This document shows positions 9,214 through 19,540 of a stretch of DNA of 64,000 bases, piece after piece. Below the pieces are notes generated by a model. That model searched no databases and was not told where the DNA came from. It saw only the letters and a program-made list of their open reading frames with translations. Within the stretch, counting starts at the first letter, position 1. Each line of letters opens with the position of its first letter. Origin of the DNA: Meiothermus sp. (GTDB lineage: Bacteria > Deinococcota > Deinococci > Deinococcales > Thermaceae); NCBI GenBank assembly GCA_033762915.1, contig JANRLD010000042.1, positions 203,184-267,183 of the forward strand. Direction: 5' to 3'. Both the position numbers and the translations under genes were made by a program.

Positions 9214-11979
9214 TTAGGTTGCTGGGTGGTAATCGAGAGGCATACTAGATCTTCCAATCCACCCGACTGATAGAGCCTTAAGTTTTTCTTGTGAACTGAG
9301 TACTCGGTTACATGTTTCCCAATCTATTTTCTCAATATCGGTGTAACGAATAGTAAAGGGGTGCTCTTCGGGCAGAGCATCGATTATTTGTCTGGCTTGA
9401 GCTTGCTGGCCTAAGGCTACATTTATCCACACATCTTCGAGCACATCTGGGATCTGTCCGAAAAGGGTATGAATACTCTGCAAACGGGTGGAAAGTAGCT
9501 GATGCACTCGATCTTCAACTGAACCAAGGTATCGGAGGTTATATATTTCTATCGAGTCATTAAGTTGGCCAATGCGCTGAATTCGACCCTTACGCTGCTC
9601 GAGACGAGTCGGATTCCAGGGCAAGTCTAGGTTTATCAACCTTCCCAAGCGCTGAAGGTTCAATCCCTCAGAAGCTGCATCTGTACCCAAAAGCAAGCGC
9701 AGCTTTCCTTGCCGCACCAACTGCTTTAGGGTCTCACGCTCTTGGGGTTGCCATTCTCCACTCAGCATAAGGCCAGAGCTATCAGGCCCTGAGTACACCC
9801 CAATAAGCTCATGGGGAAATTCAGCGCTAAGGAACTTAGCTAAACTCAAAACCGAGTCTCGATACTGACTGAAGACTATGCAACCCTTTTCAAGCCAACG
9901 GGAGTCCCTAAGACAGTGCAGAACAACCGCATGTTTTGGGTCTCGTTCTCGATTTGATTGCAAGGCAGATAGGGTTTTTTCCAGTAGCTCCCTTTCATCC
10001 TTAGTAAGGGTCATACTACTGCTGGAAATGGATTCGTCGTCCTCAGCCTCGTCATCTTCCACTGTCTCAGGCAGAGTTTGCCATGAGCTAAGCATTTTTT
10101 GCACCGTCTGCATACCTGCAAAAACGGAACTCCCAATCCGTCTTAGTAGAAGCGTTTTGAGAAAACCCCCACTGGGCAATCGTTGCTGTAGGAGTCGGCA
10201 AAACTCCTCTGCAAGGTCATATGCTTCTTTTAGGTAACTGGGCAGACTCACAGCATCGCTATTTTGCTCACCCCAAAGCACTACATCAATTTTTTTCAGG
10301 TAGGGTTCACTAGTTTCAGGGTCGAGGGTGTTCTCCAGATACTCACGGGTACGGCGAATAATACGACGGATAAATGGATTGTGATGCTGCATGATCTCTT
10401 TGAAATCCCACTCGAGTTTTTGCCGCTGGGCCATACTCACCTCACCATAGCGATTTCCAGGGACGTTGAGGTGATCGTCTTCAAGACCTAATCGCATCCG
10501 AATCTGGGCAAATAGAGGATCCTCTGTTTTTGGTGGTAGTGGATCCCGCACCCAATCCCACATCTCGAGCTTATTGGCCGCCTTAGGTTGGCTCATGACC
10601 ATCTCCAAAGCATCCATTGGTTTACGCCAGCGTGAGAGTGTACTTCCCAATACGCTGTCATCACCTCGAGACAGCACTTCTAGCAAATCCCAAGCTTCAA
10701 TGGGCCTAAGCTGTACTGGGGTTGCAGTAGCCAACAACAAACTTCTTGTTTGAAAGGCAATCTGTTGTATGAAAGCCAGCAAATTATTGGGTTCAGCCTT
10801 TTGTTCGTCCTTACCGGGGCCTAGATTTCGCCTGCGGGCGTGATGCGCCTCATCTAGAATCACACAGTCATATTCAATATCCAATAGGCGGGTTACTGAA
10901 TCAGACTTTCGCTTGATTAATCCCGTCGAGATCAGCCCTACTCGCCTTGGACACTTCTTTATATCGTTAGAATCTCGTGCCGGATAGACAATTTCGTTTT
11001 CATCAATCCAGTTCTTTCCATCCCATACTGCGGACGGCATTCCAAGTTTATCCATCAGCTCATCCTGCCATTGAGGAAGCAAGGGTTTAGGGGCCAATAT
11101 GAGGATCGGCTTTTCTCCGGTTAATGCGATGAGTTGGGCAGCCATCGCAAGTTGAAGGGTTTTTCCCAGACCTACCTGGTCGGCTAGAATAAATCGGGCC
11201 TTACCAATCGGCCCATGATGGGCATCGAAAACGGTTTTGACAAAGTATTTTTGGTGATCCCATAGACCTGCTTCTTGACGCAATACAGGGGCTTCAACAA
11301 TTGCCGGAGCTGGGTCAGAAGGAGGCTCACCCGATCTTGCCCAATCTGCTAAGACAATCACCTTGCGTTCAGCTAATCGGCCCACATCCTGAATTACTGC
11401 TTCAGCTAAGGGTATGGCATAAGGGGATAGCCAAAGGGCATCAAACTCTTCTTGAACCCAGCTCACTGCTTCGAGGCTCGAGTCCTCCCAGACCAATTCA
11501 TAGTTAAGCTTCCAAGCCGACTTAGACTCATTGGCGCTTCCCATAAAAGCCAATTTGTTTCCATCCGCTAAGGTAATTACCCCTGCTTTACCATGAACCA
11601 AACCAAAGGCTTCATCGGGCAATACGCGCACCTCGAGTTTCCCACTGGAAAGCATTTGATAAAGCCGTTGAAACCGTTCTCTGGCTTGAAAAGCACCAGG
11701 GCTATCTAGTAACTTCTCGGGTTCAGAAGCAGTCCAACTGCGTTTGACCGCAGCTTTGGCAACCTGCACATCCTCGGGGGCCAAATCGGAGTTGCAAACC
11801 ACCCGAATCTGACCCTGGATGCTGTCAAGTTCTTCGCCTACCACCTCGAGCAACGATGACGAAAAGTAACCCGCAATTCGGTCATAGGTCAAAGCACCTT
11901 GGAGCCTCGAGGCCAAAAAGCTTCGATCAATCCGCTGCCGACGAGAGGAAAAGCGGTTTATCACTTTATCTATCTCCAA
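9214..11979 (-). CDS. PLD-like nuclease + SNF2 helicase (restriction-like defence system)
   Basis: HGK...GSANES PLD motif; LADQVGLGKT, DEAH and WNPTRLEQRKGRIQRIGQ SNF2 motifs. Confidence 0.9.
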   Translation of the reverse strand: MEIDKVINRFSSRRQRIDRSFLASRLQGALTYDRIAGYFSSSLLEVVGEELDSIQGQIRVVCNSDLAPEDVQVAKAAVKRSWTASEPEKLLDSPGAFQARERFQRLYQMLSSGKLEVRVLPDEAFGLVHGKAGVITLADGNKLAFMGSANESKSAWKLNYELVWEDSSLEAVSWVQEEFDALWLSPYAIPLAEAVIQDVGRLAERKVIVLADWARSGEPPSDPAPAIVEAPVLRQEAGLWDHQKYFVKTVFDAHHGPIGKARFILADQVGLGKTLQLAMAAQLIALTGEKPILILAPKPLLPQWQDELMDKLGMPSAVWDGKNWIDENEIVYPARDSNDIKKCPRRVGLISTGLIKRKSDSVTRLLDIEYDCVILDEAHHARRRNLGPGKDEQKAEPNNLLAFIQQIAFQTRSLLLATATPVQLRPIEAWDLLEVLSRGDDSVLGSTLSRWRKPMDALEMVMSQPKAANKLEMWDWVRDPLPPKTEDPLFAQIRMRLGLEDDHLNVPGNRYGEVSMAQRQKLEWDFKEIMQHHNPFIRRIIRRTREYLENTLDPETSEPYLKKIDVVLWGEQNSDAVSLPSYLKEAYDLAEEFCRLLQQRLPSGGFLKTLLLRRIGSSVFAGMQTVQKMLSSWQTLPETVEDDEAEDDESISSSSMTLTKDERELLEKTLSALQSNRERDPKHAVVLHCLRDSRWLEKGCIVFSQYRDSVLSLAKFLSAEFPHELIGVYSGPDSSGLMLSGEWQPQERETLKQLVRQGKLRLLLGTDAASEGLNLQRLGRLINLDLPWNPTRLEQRKGRIQRIGQLNDSIEIYNLRYLGSVEDRVHQLLSTRLQSIHTLFGQIPDVLEDVWINVALGQQAQARQIIDALPEEHPFTIRYTDIEKIDWETCNRVLSSQEKLKALSVGWIGRSSMPLDYHPAT

Positions 11980-11985
11980 TACGAT

Positions 11986-14886
11986 CTAGGCGTAGTCATT
12001 CTCTATCAAGCCCAACAGCAAATCTGCCGACTCACCATCTTTCTTCCACTCGGACATTTTCCCGTTGTGGCGTTGTGCTGCCAGGTAGCCCAAAAGGTGC
12101 ATAATTCGCTCTCGCTGGCTCCAATACGTATCGGCCAGCTCGGTCTTAAGGTAGTCCAGCCCAGCTCGAGGTTTATCTTCCCGGGCAGCGGCATACACCG
12201 CAAATAGAACCTGTCTCAAGAGGGTTCCCGCAAAGCCTGAACCCTGCATATACTTACGGGCCAGCTCCGTAGGGGTCATCAGGCGCACATGGTTGGCCTT
12301 GGACTCAGCAAACAGATCATCGTAGTTGGCTACCCCAAATCCTCGTGCCAGCTCCTGATAGGCTCCGCTCCGGCGCTCTCCGTGGGCCTCGAGTTCTAAA
12401 CCTTTGAGGTAGAAGCGCTCGAGGGGCAGCAACCGCTTCCAAGTGTCTTTGTCGAAGCCCTTGGGTACTTGGTGATCGGCGGCAATCCGCACGGCTTGTT
12501 CAATCAGCCCCTTGAGGGGATTTTCTTCGCCTTTAGCTCTTGCCCGCAGTAATTCTTTTTCAGGGTCTATATCGTCTATAGGCTGGGCAGTCAGAATACG
12601 CAAAGCGGCTGCGTAAGCCGCAAGTTGATAATCCGAATCAGTAAAGTTGGGATCAGAGGCATCTTCCAAGGCGGTCATTTCGTCCAGTTGGCGGCGTACC
12701 TCGAATTCGATATAGGGCACCAACTGGTGCTTAAATAGCGAATCTGTTGCCGTTCGTTTGCGAAGAACAAGAAGTACAGTTCCCTGCACATAGTTGCCCT
12801 CGCCCGTTGCAGGGCCTGTTTCGGTTGCTACAGTCCAGGCTGCTGTCACCCTCAACCCAGCCGCCCATAGAATCATAGCGAGGTCAGCCCAAACCCCTGC
12901 GTCTTGGTGGGTAAACATGACCACCTGTAGACCGTTTTCAGGCATCTTTTCAGCAAGGCGTTTATAGCAGTCCACCATTCCAGACCGAAAACCTGAATCG
13001 TTGCCCCTAACTGCAAGAGCTCGTTTTGAATCAACATACCAATCAGGGAAAAGTTGCCTAAGTTGTCCTTCATACCAAGATAAGTAAAACTCCGAAAGCT
13101 CAGGGTAATTAACCGCATCTGCATATGGAGGATCTGTTATCCAAACATCACAAATTTGATCAATTAACCTTCCATCCTTGACGACTACATTTGAGGGGAT
13201 GGTTGTTTCTTTGCGCTCGGGTATAGCAACACTTTGAATGGTCAAGAATGATCGAGTGGAATAGTTGTAATTTGTATTGAATGCTTGGTTCAAGAATGTG
13301 TTTTTTCCACCTCCAATACCACTACTGTTGCTGGGAAGCCAAACCGATAAACGGCTATTCCAATCGGCTAGACGACCTGATAACAGTAGAATTGCTGCCC
13401 GCTCCGTGAGTGGCAAATCTTTAGAGGACAAAAGAAAAAGACCAATTTGAAGAAGTTGTCTCGGATTAAATAAGTGGTGCCAATGTGTCCAGCCTCGTTC
13501 ACGTTGAAGCCTTGTTGTTTCATCACCTGGTTCGATTTGGTGGCTAGGAATATAGCCCTTAGTTTGCCAGTCTTCAAAATACTTTAATAGAAGCTCTACC
13601 GCCTTTTGTTCTCTATCTAAATCGGCATTACCAGGCGGACAATAGTGGCGGCGAGTTTGCTCTTTACCTTGCGCATCTCGATATGTCTCAACCCATCGGA
13701 TGCAGTACAGCCGTTCTTGAAATACATCCCCTGCACGGGGTACAACGTCGTTATTTTCCCACAATCTCAGATTGCGTCTTATGACTTGTATAGGTGTAGA
13801 CGCACCTCCAAGTGGAAAGACAAGACGAGAGTCTTTCACCGTCCCTCTCTTTGCTGCGTGAAATTCTTGCTCACTTGGGTTCTCAATTATTTCAAAATCA
13901 AACCGTCTATTTACAGGATCTGGGATAAGTTTTGCGATTACACGGGGCTTCTCAGCAATTACCCAACTTGGTGCGAGCGGTACTCGCCAACCGGATTCCG
14001 GATCTATTACTTCAACGCAATACAGAAAGGCATCCGCTCGCCAACCTTGCTCATTATGTTCTATTCCCCATTCCGTAAATTGGCGATCCACAGCTTCAAA
14101 AACGCTGTGCTGCGCTCTTTGTATCTTTTCAGCTACTTCCGATCCACCTCCAACTATATTGAGTGCCGCCCAAGTTAAAAGGCCTGCAACAGGATTTAAG
14201 TCTGAGGCATAGGCTTGACAGCCAATACGAGCAGCCTCGAAAGGAATACTCCCACCCCCGCAAAAGCTATCGCCGACAATTGGTCTATGCCCAAAACGGC
14301 GTATACCTAGCTCCTCGACCAGCTCGACCAAACTATTGGCATTAGTTCCAAGATGAGCATTAATGTCAACCCAAGCTTGCTCAGTAGGCCCCCCAATTTG
14401 TTCGGGTCGGTCAGCATAATCCAGCTTCTCAGAATATGGCAGATGTCGGTAGGCTAATAGTTGCAGATAACTTTTGTCTTCTCTACTTAAGTTGCTTTTT
14501 AGCTTTGGAAAATCAGAGTTGGGATCTAGGTAGAGCTGTGCTTCTGGTAAATGGGTTAGGTGCTTAAGAAGATCACTTAGGGCAAGGTTTTTAGATCTTC
14601 GCTGTTCTAGACCATCTTCATCCATAGTCATAAGTTTCAAGAAGACTTCACGATCTTTTGTGGGGTTATCAGTAGCAGGTAGAAGCAAACCAAGGATTGT
14701 TGCTCGCACCATCACCAAGGGCTTTCGACCCCACCACTTTCCTAGACCCGTAAGAGTCTGCATGAACACTGCTTTGCGTTCCTTATAACTCTCTGCCGAA
14801 AGCTTTGCCACCGGAAGCTGTACTTCAATAAACGATTTGGCATTGGCGAGGTCTTGAGTAACCTCACTGGGTTTTGATTCAGTCAT
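11986..14886 (-). CDS. DUF1156-family adenine DNA methyltransferase
   Basis: LGKWWGRKPL, DSFCGGGSIPFEA (SAM-binding), TDPPY (catalytic). Confidence 0.9.
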   Translation of the reverse strand: MTESKPSEVTQDLANAKSFIEVQLPVAKLSAESYKERKAVFMQTLTGLGKWWGRKPLVMVRATILGLLLPATDNPTKDREVFLKLMTMDEDGLEQRRSKNLALSDLLKHLTHLPEAQLYLDPNSDFPKLKSNLSREDKSYLQLLAYRHLPYSEKLDYADRPEQIGGPTEQAWVDINAHLGTNANSLVELVEELGIRRFGHRPIVGDSFCGGGSIPFEAARIGCQAYASDLNPVAGLLTWAALNIVGGGSEVAEKIQRAQHSVFEAVDRQFTEWGIEHNEQGWRADAFLYCVEVIDPESGWRVPLAPSWVIAEKPRVIAKLIPDPVNRRFDFEIIENPSEQEFHAAKRGTVKDSRLVFPLGGASTPIQVIRRNLRLWENNDVVPRAGDVFQERLYCIRWVETYRDAQGKEQTRRHYCPPGNADLDREQKAVELLLKYFEDWQTKGYIPSHQIEPGDETTRLQRERGWTHWHHLFNPRQLLQIGLFLLSSKDLPLTERAAILLLSGRLADWNSRLSVWLPSNSSGIGGGKNTFLNQAFNTNYNYSTRSFLTIQSVAIPERKETTIPSNVVVKDGRLIDQICDVWITDPPYADAVNYPELSEFYLSWYEGQLRQLFPDWYVDSKRALAVRGNDSGFRSGMVDCYKRLAEKMPENGLQVVMFTHQDAGVWADLAMILWAAGLRVTAAWTVATETGPATGEGNYVQGTVLLVLRKRTATDSLFKHQLVPYIEFEVRRQLDEMTALEDASDPNFTDSDYQLAAYAAALRILTAQPIDDIDPEKELLRARAKGEENPLKGLIEQAVRIAADHQVPKGFDKDTWKRLLPLERFYLKGLELEAHGERRSGAYQELARGFGVANYDDLFAESKANHVRLMTPTELARKYMQGSGFAGTLLRQVLFAVYAAAREDKPRAGLDYLKTELADTYWSQRERIMHLLGYLAAQRHNGKMSEWKKDGESADLLLGLIENDYA

Positions 14887-14898
14887 GTTTGGCTCCTG

Positions 14899-15516
14899 TT
14901 ATTCATCGTCTTGAGCTGCACCAAAAATGGTCTGTTGGGCAGCGGCACGGAAATACTCGGGTACATGGGTCTCGGTGGAAAACGGCCCTACTGGATTTTC
15001 GGTCAAGGCAAACCGGATGGCTTTTCGCCAACCCCGGTTGCGGTCTGCACTGGCATGACCTGTGGCAGCCGCTGTCTGGGTATAGAGCCACCAACGTTCT
15101 TCAGGGACTAAGCCAAGCCAATTGGCAACCGCATTACCTGTTAGGGTAGGGTCAGCATCCTCAATAGCCCAAGCCAATAAGACCAACTCTTTGCCAAGCT
15201 CACGGCGCAAGATATTTTGTCCAGCCTTCCAACCACTCGGCCTATGCCCCAAAGACTTTAGGCGTTGGTTGAAATGTGCCCGCACTTCTTCAGCAATCTG
15301 ATCCCACTTGACCCTTGGGAGAATTACCCGAAGCTGTCCGGGGTCTGCCTCACCATCGAGGTTCCATACATAGTGCTCAGTTATTTCGATGCTGGCCTTT
15401 GCACTACGGGGAATATTGACTTCAAAGTGATGGGTGGTTTCAGAGGGATTGAAACCATAACTTCCTTCTACATGACCGTTTTCTACAACCGCAATTTTGC
15501 TTCGTTTACTAGCCAT
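14899..15516 (-). CDS. DUF3780-family protein
   Basis: GKELVLLAWAIE and NWLGL.PEERWWLY...GWRKA motifs; lies between DUF499 and DUF1156 genes; start uncertain (15516-15546). Confidence 0.85.
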   Translation of the reverse strand: MASKRSKIAVVENGHVEGSYGFNPSETTHHFEVNIPRSAKASIEITEHYVWNLDGEADPGQLRVILPRVKWDQIAEEVRAHFNQRLKSLGHRPSGWKAGQNILRRELGKELVLLAWAIEDADPTLTGNAVANWLGLVPEERWWLYTQTAAATGHASADRNRGWRKAIRFALTENPVGPFSTETHVPEYFRAAAQQTIFGAAQDDE

Positions 15517-15557
15517 AAACATAACCCCCATATACCGCGTTGGCAAGGCTTAAGGGT

Positions 15558-18500
15558 CTATTTGCTGGCGGATTGTGCTGCATGGTTTTGTTTAACCTCT
15601 TTCTCGTTTACTGTGGTCTTGATTTCAGCAGCCCAGTCTTGCAGGTCTTGGCCTTGTGTGAAGTCCAGTTGTTGGACATCGATACTCACATTAGCCTCGG
15701 GATTGATGGCCCGGATTCCCTCGAGGGCTTTCTCGATCTGTTCAGCACTTAGTTTACGACTTTCGGAGATGGAAAGCTCAATCCAATCTTGGGTTGAACC
15801 AGTCAAATTGACCACAACCCCGCAAGCCAGCACTTTGTATTTTTTCATGCGCTCAAGAAATTCGTAGGATTCCTTAGTAGCCCCAAAACTTTGCTTTCGG
15901 TTCCATGTGGCTGGGCGGGTTACGTCCAATGCCCACTTACCCGCACTCTGAATATCAATGCGGCGAACTTCCGACTGGATATTTCTGGCTTTGGCTACAG
16001 CCAACACGAACTTAGTACCTTCTGGAAGCTCAAAGTCACCCGCATAGGTAGCACCTGCCGCTTGGGGGGATGAACCATCGGTGGTGTAGAGAATCTCTCC
16101 TGTTGGTATGGCTTTCAGCTCGAGCCACTGCTTGTCGCCCTTGGTATATATCCGCTGGCGAAGGGTAATGCTATTGCGCCAAAGTTTAGCTTCTCCGGTT
16201 TCATGCTCCCCCTTAGAATCCACAGCTAGGAAGCTAACCTCGAGTTCGTTTGTAGTGAGCATGTATCCTGGCAGACGATTACTGGCTGTTGTTGCCGTGC
16301 CTCCAAACTCGTAATAGACCGCATCAGCATAGCTTGGAATCACCTTAAGAACAGCCTCACCAGTATCGTCATTACGGCTAATCACATTGACTTCTAGGGC
16401 GGTTTTAGGAGCTGGAAAGGGGCCTTTATCTAAATAACCCCCTTCTTCCCGCCAATAGTCTCTGGAGAGGCATTCTGACTTAAGGTCATCAAGGGCCCTT
16501 GGTAGATGCCAAGGCCAGTCCACATTGGTTGCAGCACGGCGCCGGATTTCACTCCAAGTAGTAACCTGGGCGGTAAAGAGCAGTTTTTCGACCATCTTGC
16601 GGAAGTTGGCACTGCTAACATCATCGTTAAACTTGTACTTCTCTTTTAGCACCTCACGAACTTGAGTCTCCCCAACATAGCTATTACCCGTAAACTGCAT
16701 CAGGAAATCCCCTGATAGAAGAGAGGCACCGATGTTGGGGGCTTTTTGTGGGTAATACAGAACTGTAAAGGTATCCCGTACCGCTTGGTAGAAGTTGGTA
16801 TTAATTTTGTCCCTTAGTTCTAAAGCCCGAATCATGCGCATATCTTGCTTAGCAACATTTTCGGCCTCGAGTTCCGACAGAATAGTCTCAATAGCCCTCA
16901 AACGCTTGCCAGCCTCGATCAATGAGCTATAGGTTGACTTCAAACCCGTCAAAAACATCACTCGATTTTGCAGGGTCGTTTGTTCGAAGAATTGCTTGAT
17001 GGCTGGGTTTAGACCTCCACTATAGGGTTCACTGATAACCAAGGTCACATCTCCTTGGTCAAGTTCAATCTCGTTGACTGCAGGAAGTACCACTAAGCGC
17101 TGATAGCAATCCCGCGTCTTCGGTTTGAACATCTCCTCGAGCCTGTCCCGAATCATTTTGACGGCTTGCTCTGGAAGAAAACCCTTCACTAGATCATTCA
17201 AACGGGCATTAAGATTCTGCACATTCTGAAAATAGAGTTTGCCGTCGTTATTGGCGTGTAAATACCAAGCTTCGGCAGCCAATTTCTCGAGCACACCGCT
17301 CTTTAGGCTCTTGGTATCTCTGCCCGGCCTGCATAAGATCAGAATTATTTCAGGGATTGATAACCCTCTGACCTGATTCATCGCCGTAGAAAGTGAAGAC
17401 ATCAATAAAAGCTTTGCAGCATCGGTACCATCGGTAGTCTTAAGGTCATGATCCAACCGTTCAGCAACTGCATTTCCCTCAGAAGCAATGTCATGAGCAA
17501 CCGCATTGGTTAAAGAAGAATTGATTCCACTAATTGTCGTGACTGTATCCTGATCGTTTAGATCAAGGTCATAAGGTGCTATCAAAGCGGTTCGTTCATG
17601 CAGTCCCGATTTCCACATGGTGGAAACCACGGTACGCATCAAGCGAATAAGGCCACGGGTTTGTTGAAATCCCTCATTTTCCTTGAATCGGGCATATAGA
17701 TCACGTAGGGCAGGGTGAAAAGGGAAGGATTCTTTGATTTGTACCGCATATGACTCGGGGGTTTCGTTGACCAAACCCATCTGGCCCGCTGCGCGAACTG
17801 CTGCCGCATAACCCTGAGCCACTTCATCAATAGCAGATTGATCGGGTTGGTGCTCGAATAGACGCACCCGCAGAATGTTGTACAACTCATCACTGTTCAT
17901 TCGTACCGGAATTATGGGCTTTGCTAGGCGCTGTGTCTCATTGTGAAAGTCATTTAAGACCTGCTGAATTACCGCCTGACCCTGAGCATAAGCAGCAGTC
18001 AAATCTGTCATGACCAAAGCCACTCGAGCACACTTCTCACTGCCCAGAGCAACTAACAAGTTAGATAGGGCTGTTGCGGTTACTCGGGCCAAATTGGAGT
18101 TTCCCACCGCAATAGAAAAAGCATTGTCAAAGTACGGTGGCATCTCATCAAGCAGAATGAGTACCGTGTCCCCATCAAAGAGGTTTTCCCATGCTGTTTG
18201 TCCGGGTGCTATAAGGGGTGAATAGTAATCCCTAAAGAAATCCCTCTTTCCCAGTTGATCAGCAATAGCTCCCCAAATACCGAGTGGGGCATTCTCCCGG
18301 CCAGAAAAGTTAACCACCTTTACTGCGCCCAAGCTTGAATCTGATTTATACAATCCCGACATCACTTGCGCCCGGATCTCTGGATGCTTTGCCAGTAGAC
18401 CCAATGTAAGGAGGTTATGGGTTTTGCCGCCCCCCATTGCCTGCTTGAGTAAAAAGACTCCTTGATCTGACTTACCCTCGAGGCGCTTGAAGGTTTGTGT

Positions 18501-18659
18501 CAACAAGTCGCGCATTCCTTCGGTAACAAAATTCTCCGCAAAAAAGACTCTAGGGTCAATGCGGTTACCTTGTAAATCCTTTAGGTCTAAAACAGTATCC
18601 CGCTTTGCCGAATCAAACACACTGCTTTTAGGTGTGAGCAATTGTGCTAAGGTTTTCAT
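15558..18659 (-). CDS. DUF499-family AAA+ ATPase (BrxC-related)
   Basis: QAMGGGKTH Walker A, LILLDE Walker B, FPFHP, FQQTRG; C-terminal ILYTTDGS.P Fn3-associated motif. Confidence 0.9.
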   Translation of the reverse strand: MKTLAQLLTPKSSVFDSAKRDTVLDLKDLQGNRIDPRVFFAENFVTEGMRDLLTQTFKRLEGKSDQGVFLLKQAMGGGKTHNLLTLGLLAKHPEIRAQVMSGLYKSDSSLGAVKVVNFSGRENAPLGIWGAIADQLGKRDFFRDYYSPLIAPGQTAWENLFDGDTVLILLDEMPPYFDNAFSIAVGNSNLARVTATALSNLLVALGSEKCARVALVMTDLTAAYAQGQAVIQQVLNDFHNETQRLAKPIIPVRMNSDELYNILRVRLFEHQPDQSAIDEVAQGYAAAVRAAGQMGLVNETPESYAVQIKESFPFHPALRDLYARFKENEGFQQTRGLIRLMRTVVSTMWKSGLHERTALIAPYDLDLNDQDTVTTISGINSSLTNAVAHDIASEGNAVAERLDHDLKTTDGTDAAKLLLMSSLSTAMNQVRGLSIPEIILILCRPGRDTKSLKSGVLEKLAAEAWYLHANNDGKLYFQNVQNLNARLNDLVKGFLPEQAVKMIRDRLEEMFKPKTRDCYQRLVVLPAVNEIELDQGDVTLVISEPYSGGLNPAIKQFFEQTTLQNRVMFLTGLKSTYSSLIEAGKRLRAIETILSELEAENVAKQDMRMIRALELRDKINTNFYQAVRDTFTVLYYPQKAPNIGASLLSGDFLMQFTGNSYVGETQVREVLKEKYKFNDDVSSANFRKMVEKLLFTAQVTTWSEIRRRAATNVDWPWHLPRALDDLKSECLSRDYWREEGGYLDKGPFPAPKTALEVNVISRNDDTGEAVLKVIPSYADAVYYEFGGTATTASNRLPGYMLTTNELEVSFLAVDSKGEHETGEAKLWRNSITLRQRIYTKGDKQWLELKAIPTGEILYTTDGSSPQAAGATYAGDFELPEGTKFVLAVAKARNIQSEVRRIDIQSAGKWALDVTRPATWNRKQSFGATKESYEFLERMKKYKVLACGVVVNLTGSTQDWIELSISESRKLSAEQIEKALEGIRAINPEANVSIDVQQLDFTQGQDLQDWAAEIKTTVNEKEVKQNHAAQSASK

Positions 18660-18879
18660 GTTTCAGTTATACGACATGGGCACGCTTTTTGTTAGTTGTT
18701 TGTGTACCAAACGATAAGGAGTAGAGCACACAGGTTAGTAGAGGATCACTGGAGTTCAAGCCACCCCGTAATAGCAGGAGCCTCCTCGAGGGGAAATAGT
18801 TCAAATGGCTATTCGCCCCCATGCTAAAAGCTTGATCTACACAAGGTTTTTCGGGAAAACCGTTTGCTTCCAAAAAGAT

Positions 18880-18901
18880 AAACCCGCCTGATTTGGCGGG
18901 T
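18880..18901 (-). terminator. Intrinsic terminator of the 91-aa gene
   Basis: ACCCGCC-TGATTT-GGCGGGT stem followed by a T-rich tract on the minus strand. Confidence 0.55.
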
Positions 18902-18924
18902 CTACATACTAAAAGGATTGGGCT

Positions 18925-19200
18925 TTACGCGGCTGGGGGGTAGTCGGGCAAGAGGGGTAGCTCGATAGTGTTGGGAGTCTCCCCCTCACTTTCTTCGAGC
19001 CAACCGATATTCTGCTCAGTTGCCCGGTGGAGCCTGTTCAGAGTGTATTGGGCTGCCTCGATGGACTCGAGCAGATTCCGAAGCTGAATAAGGCTCAGAC
19101 CTTCGGGAAGCTCTTGGGCTTCTTTGCTGGTGAGTTCCTCGAGGTGGCTGAGGGCTTGGGCGGTGGTTATGGTGGCTTGTTTGGCGTACAATTTCCTCAC
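18925..19200 (-). CDS. Hypothetical 91-aa protein divergent from the regulator-integrase operon
   Basis: ORF with upstream GAGGAG and downstream terminator; no recognisable domain. Confidence 0.55.
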   Translation of the reverse strand: MRKLYAKQATITTAQALSHLEELTSKEAQELPEGLSLIQLRNLLESIEAAQYTLNRLHRATEQNIGWLEESEGETPNTIELPLLPDYPPAA

Positions 19201-19255
19201 GCTCCTCTTGCGTAGTTAGGAACTTGGTTTCTCAGGCTCAGTTCCTAACTACTTT

Positions 19256-19303
19256 CATTGTAAGTCAAAATGATTGACTTGTCAAGGTTTTTGACTTACA
19301 ATG
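19256..19303. promoter_or_regulatory. Operator/divergent promoter region
   Basis: 15-bp inverted repeat CATTGTAAGTCAAAA/TTTTGACTTACAATG enclosing TTGACTTGTCAA. Confidence 0.6.
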
Positions 19304-19327
19304 ACGTATGCTAAGGAGGTGAGAACA

Positions 19328-19540
19328 GTGGAACAACAGCTACTAAAAGAAGTACAAAACCTGATGGACACCAAGGGCATTACCCAAGCCGAATATGCCC
19401 GCGCTAAAGGGGTAAGCCGCCAAACCGTAAACCAACTATTCTCGGGCAAGCGGGGATTGTTGACAGAATCGGCGGCTGAGTTGCTTGAGTATTTGGGGGT
19501 CGAGATTCGCCTTGTACCCAAGGGGGGCAAGAATGCCTAA
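19328..19540 (+). CDS. XRE-family HTH transcriptional regulator
   Basis: GITQAEYARAKGVSRQTVNQLFSGK HTH; AAGGAGG RBS before GTG 19328. Confidence 0.85.
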   Translation: MEQQLLKEVQNLMDTKGITQAEYARAKGVSRQTVNQLFSGKRGLLTESAAELLEYLGVEIRLVPKGGKNA

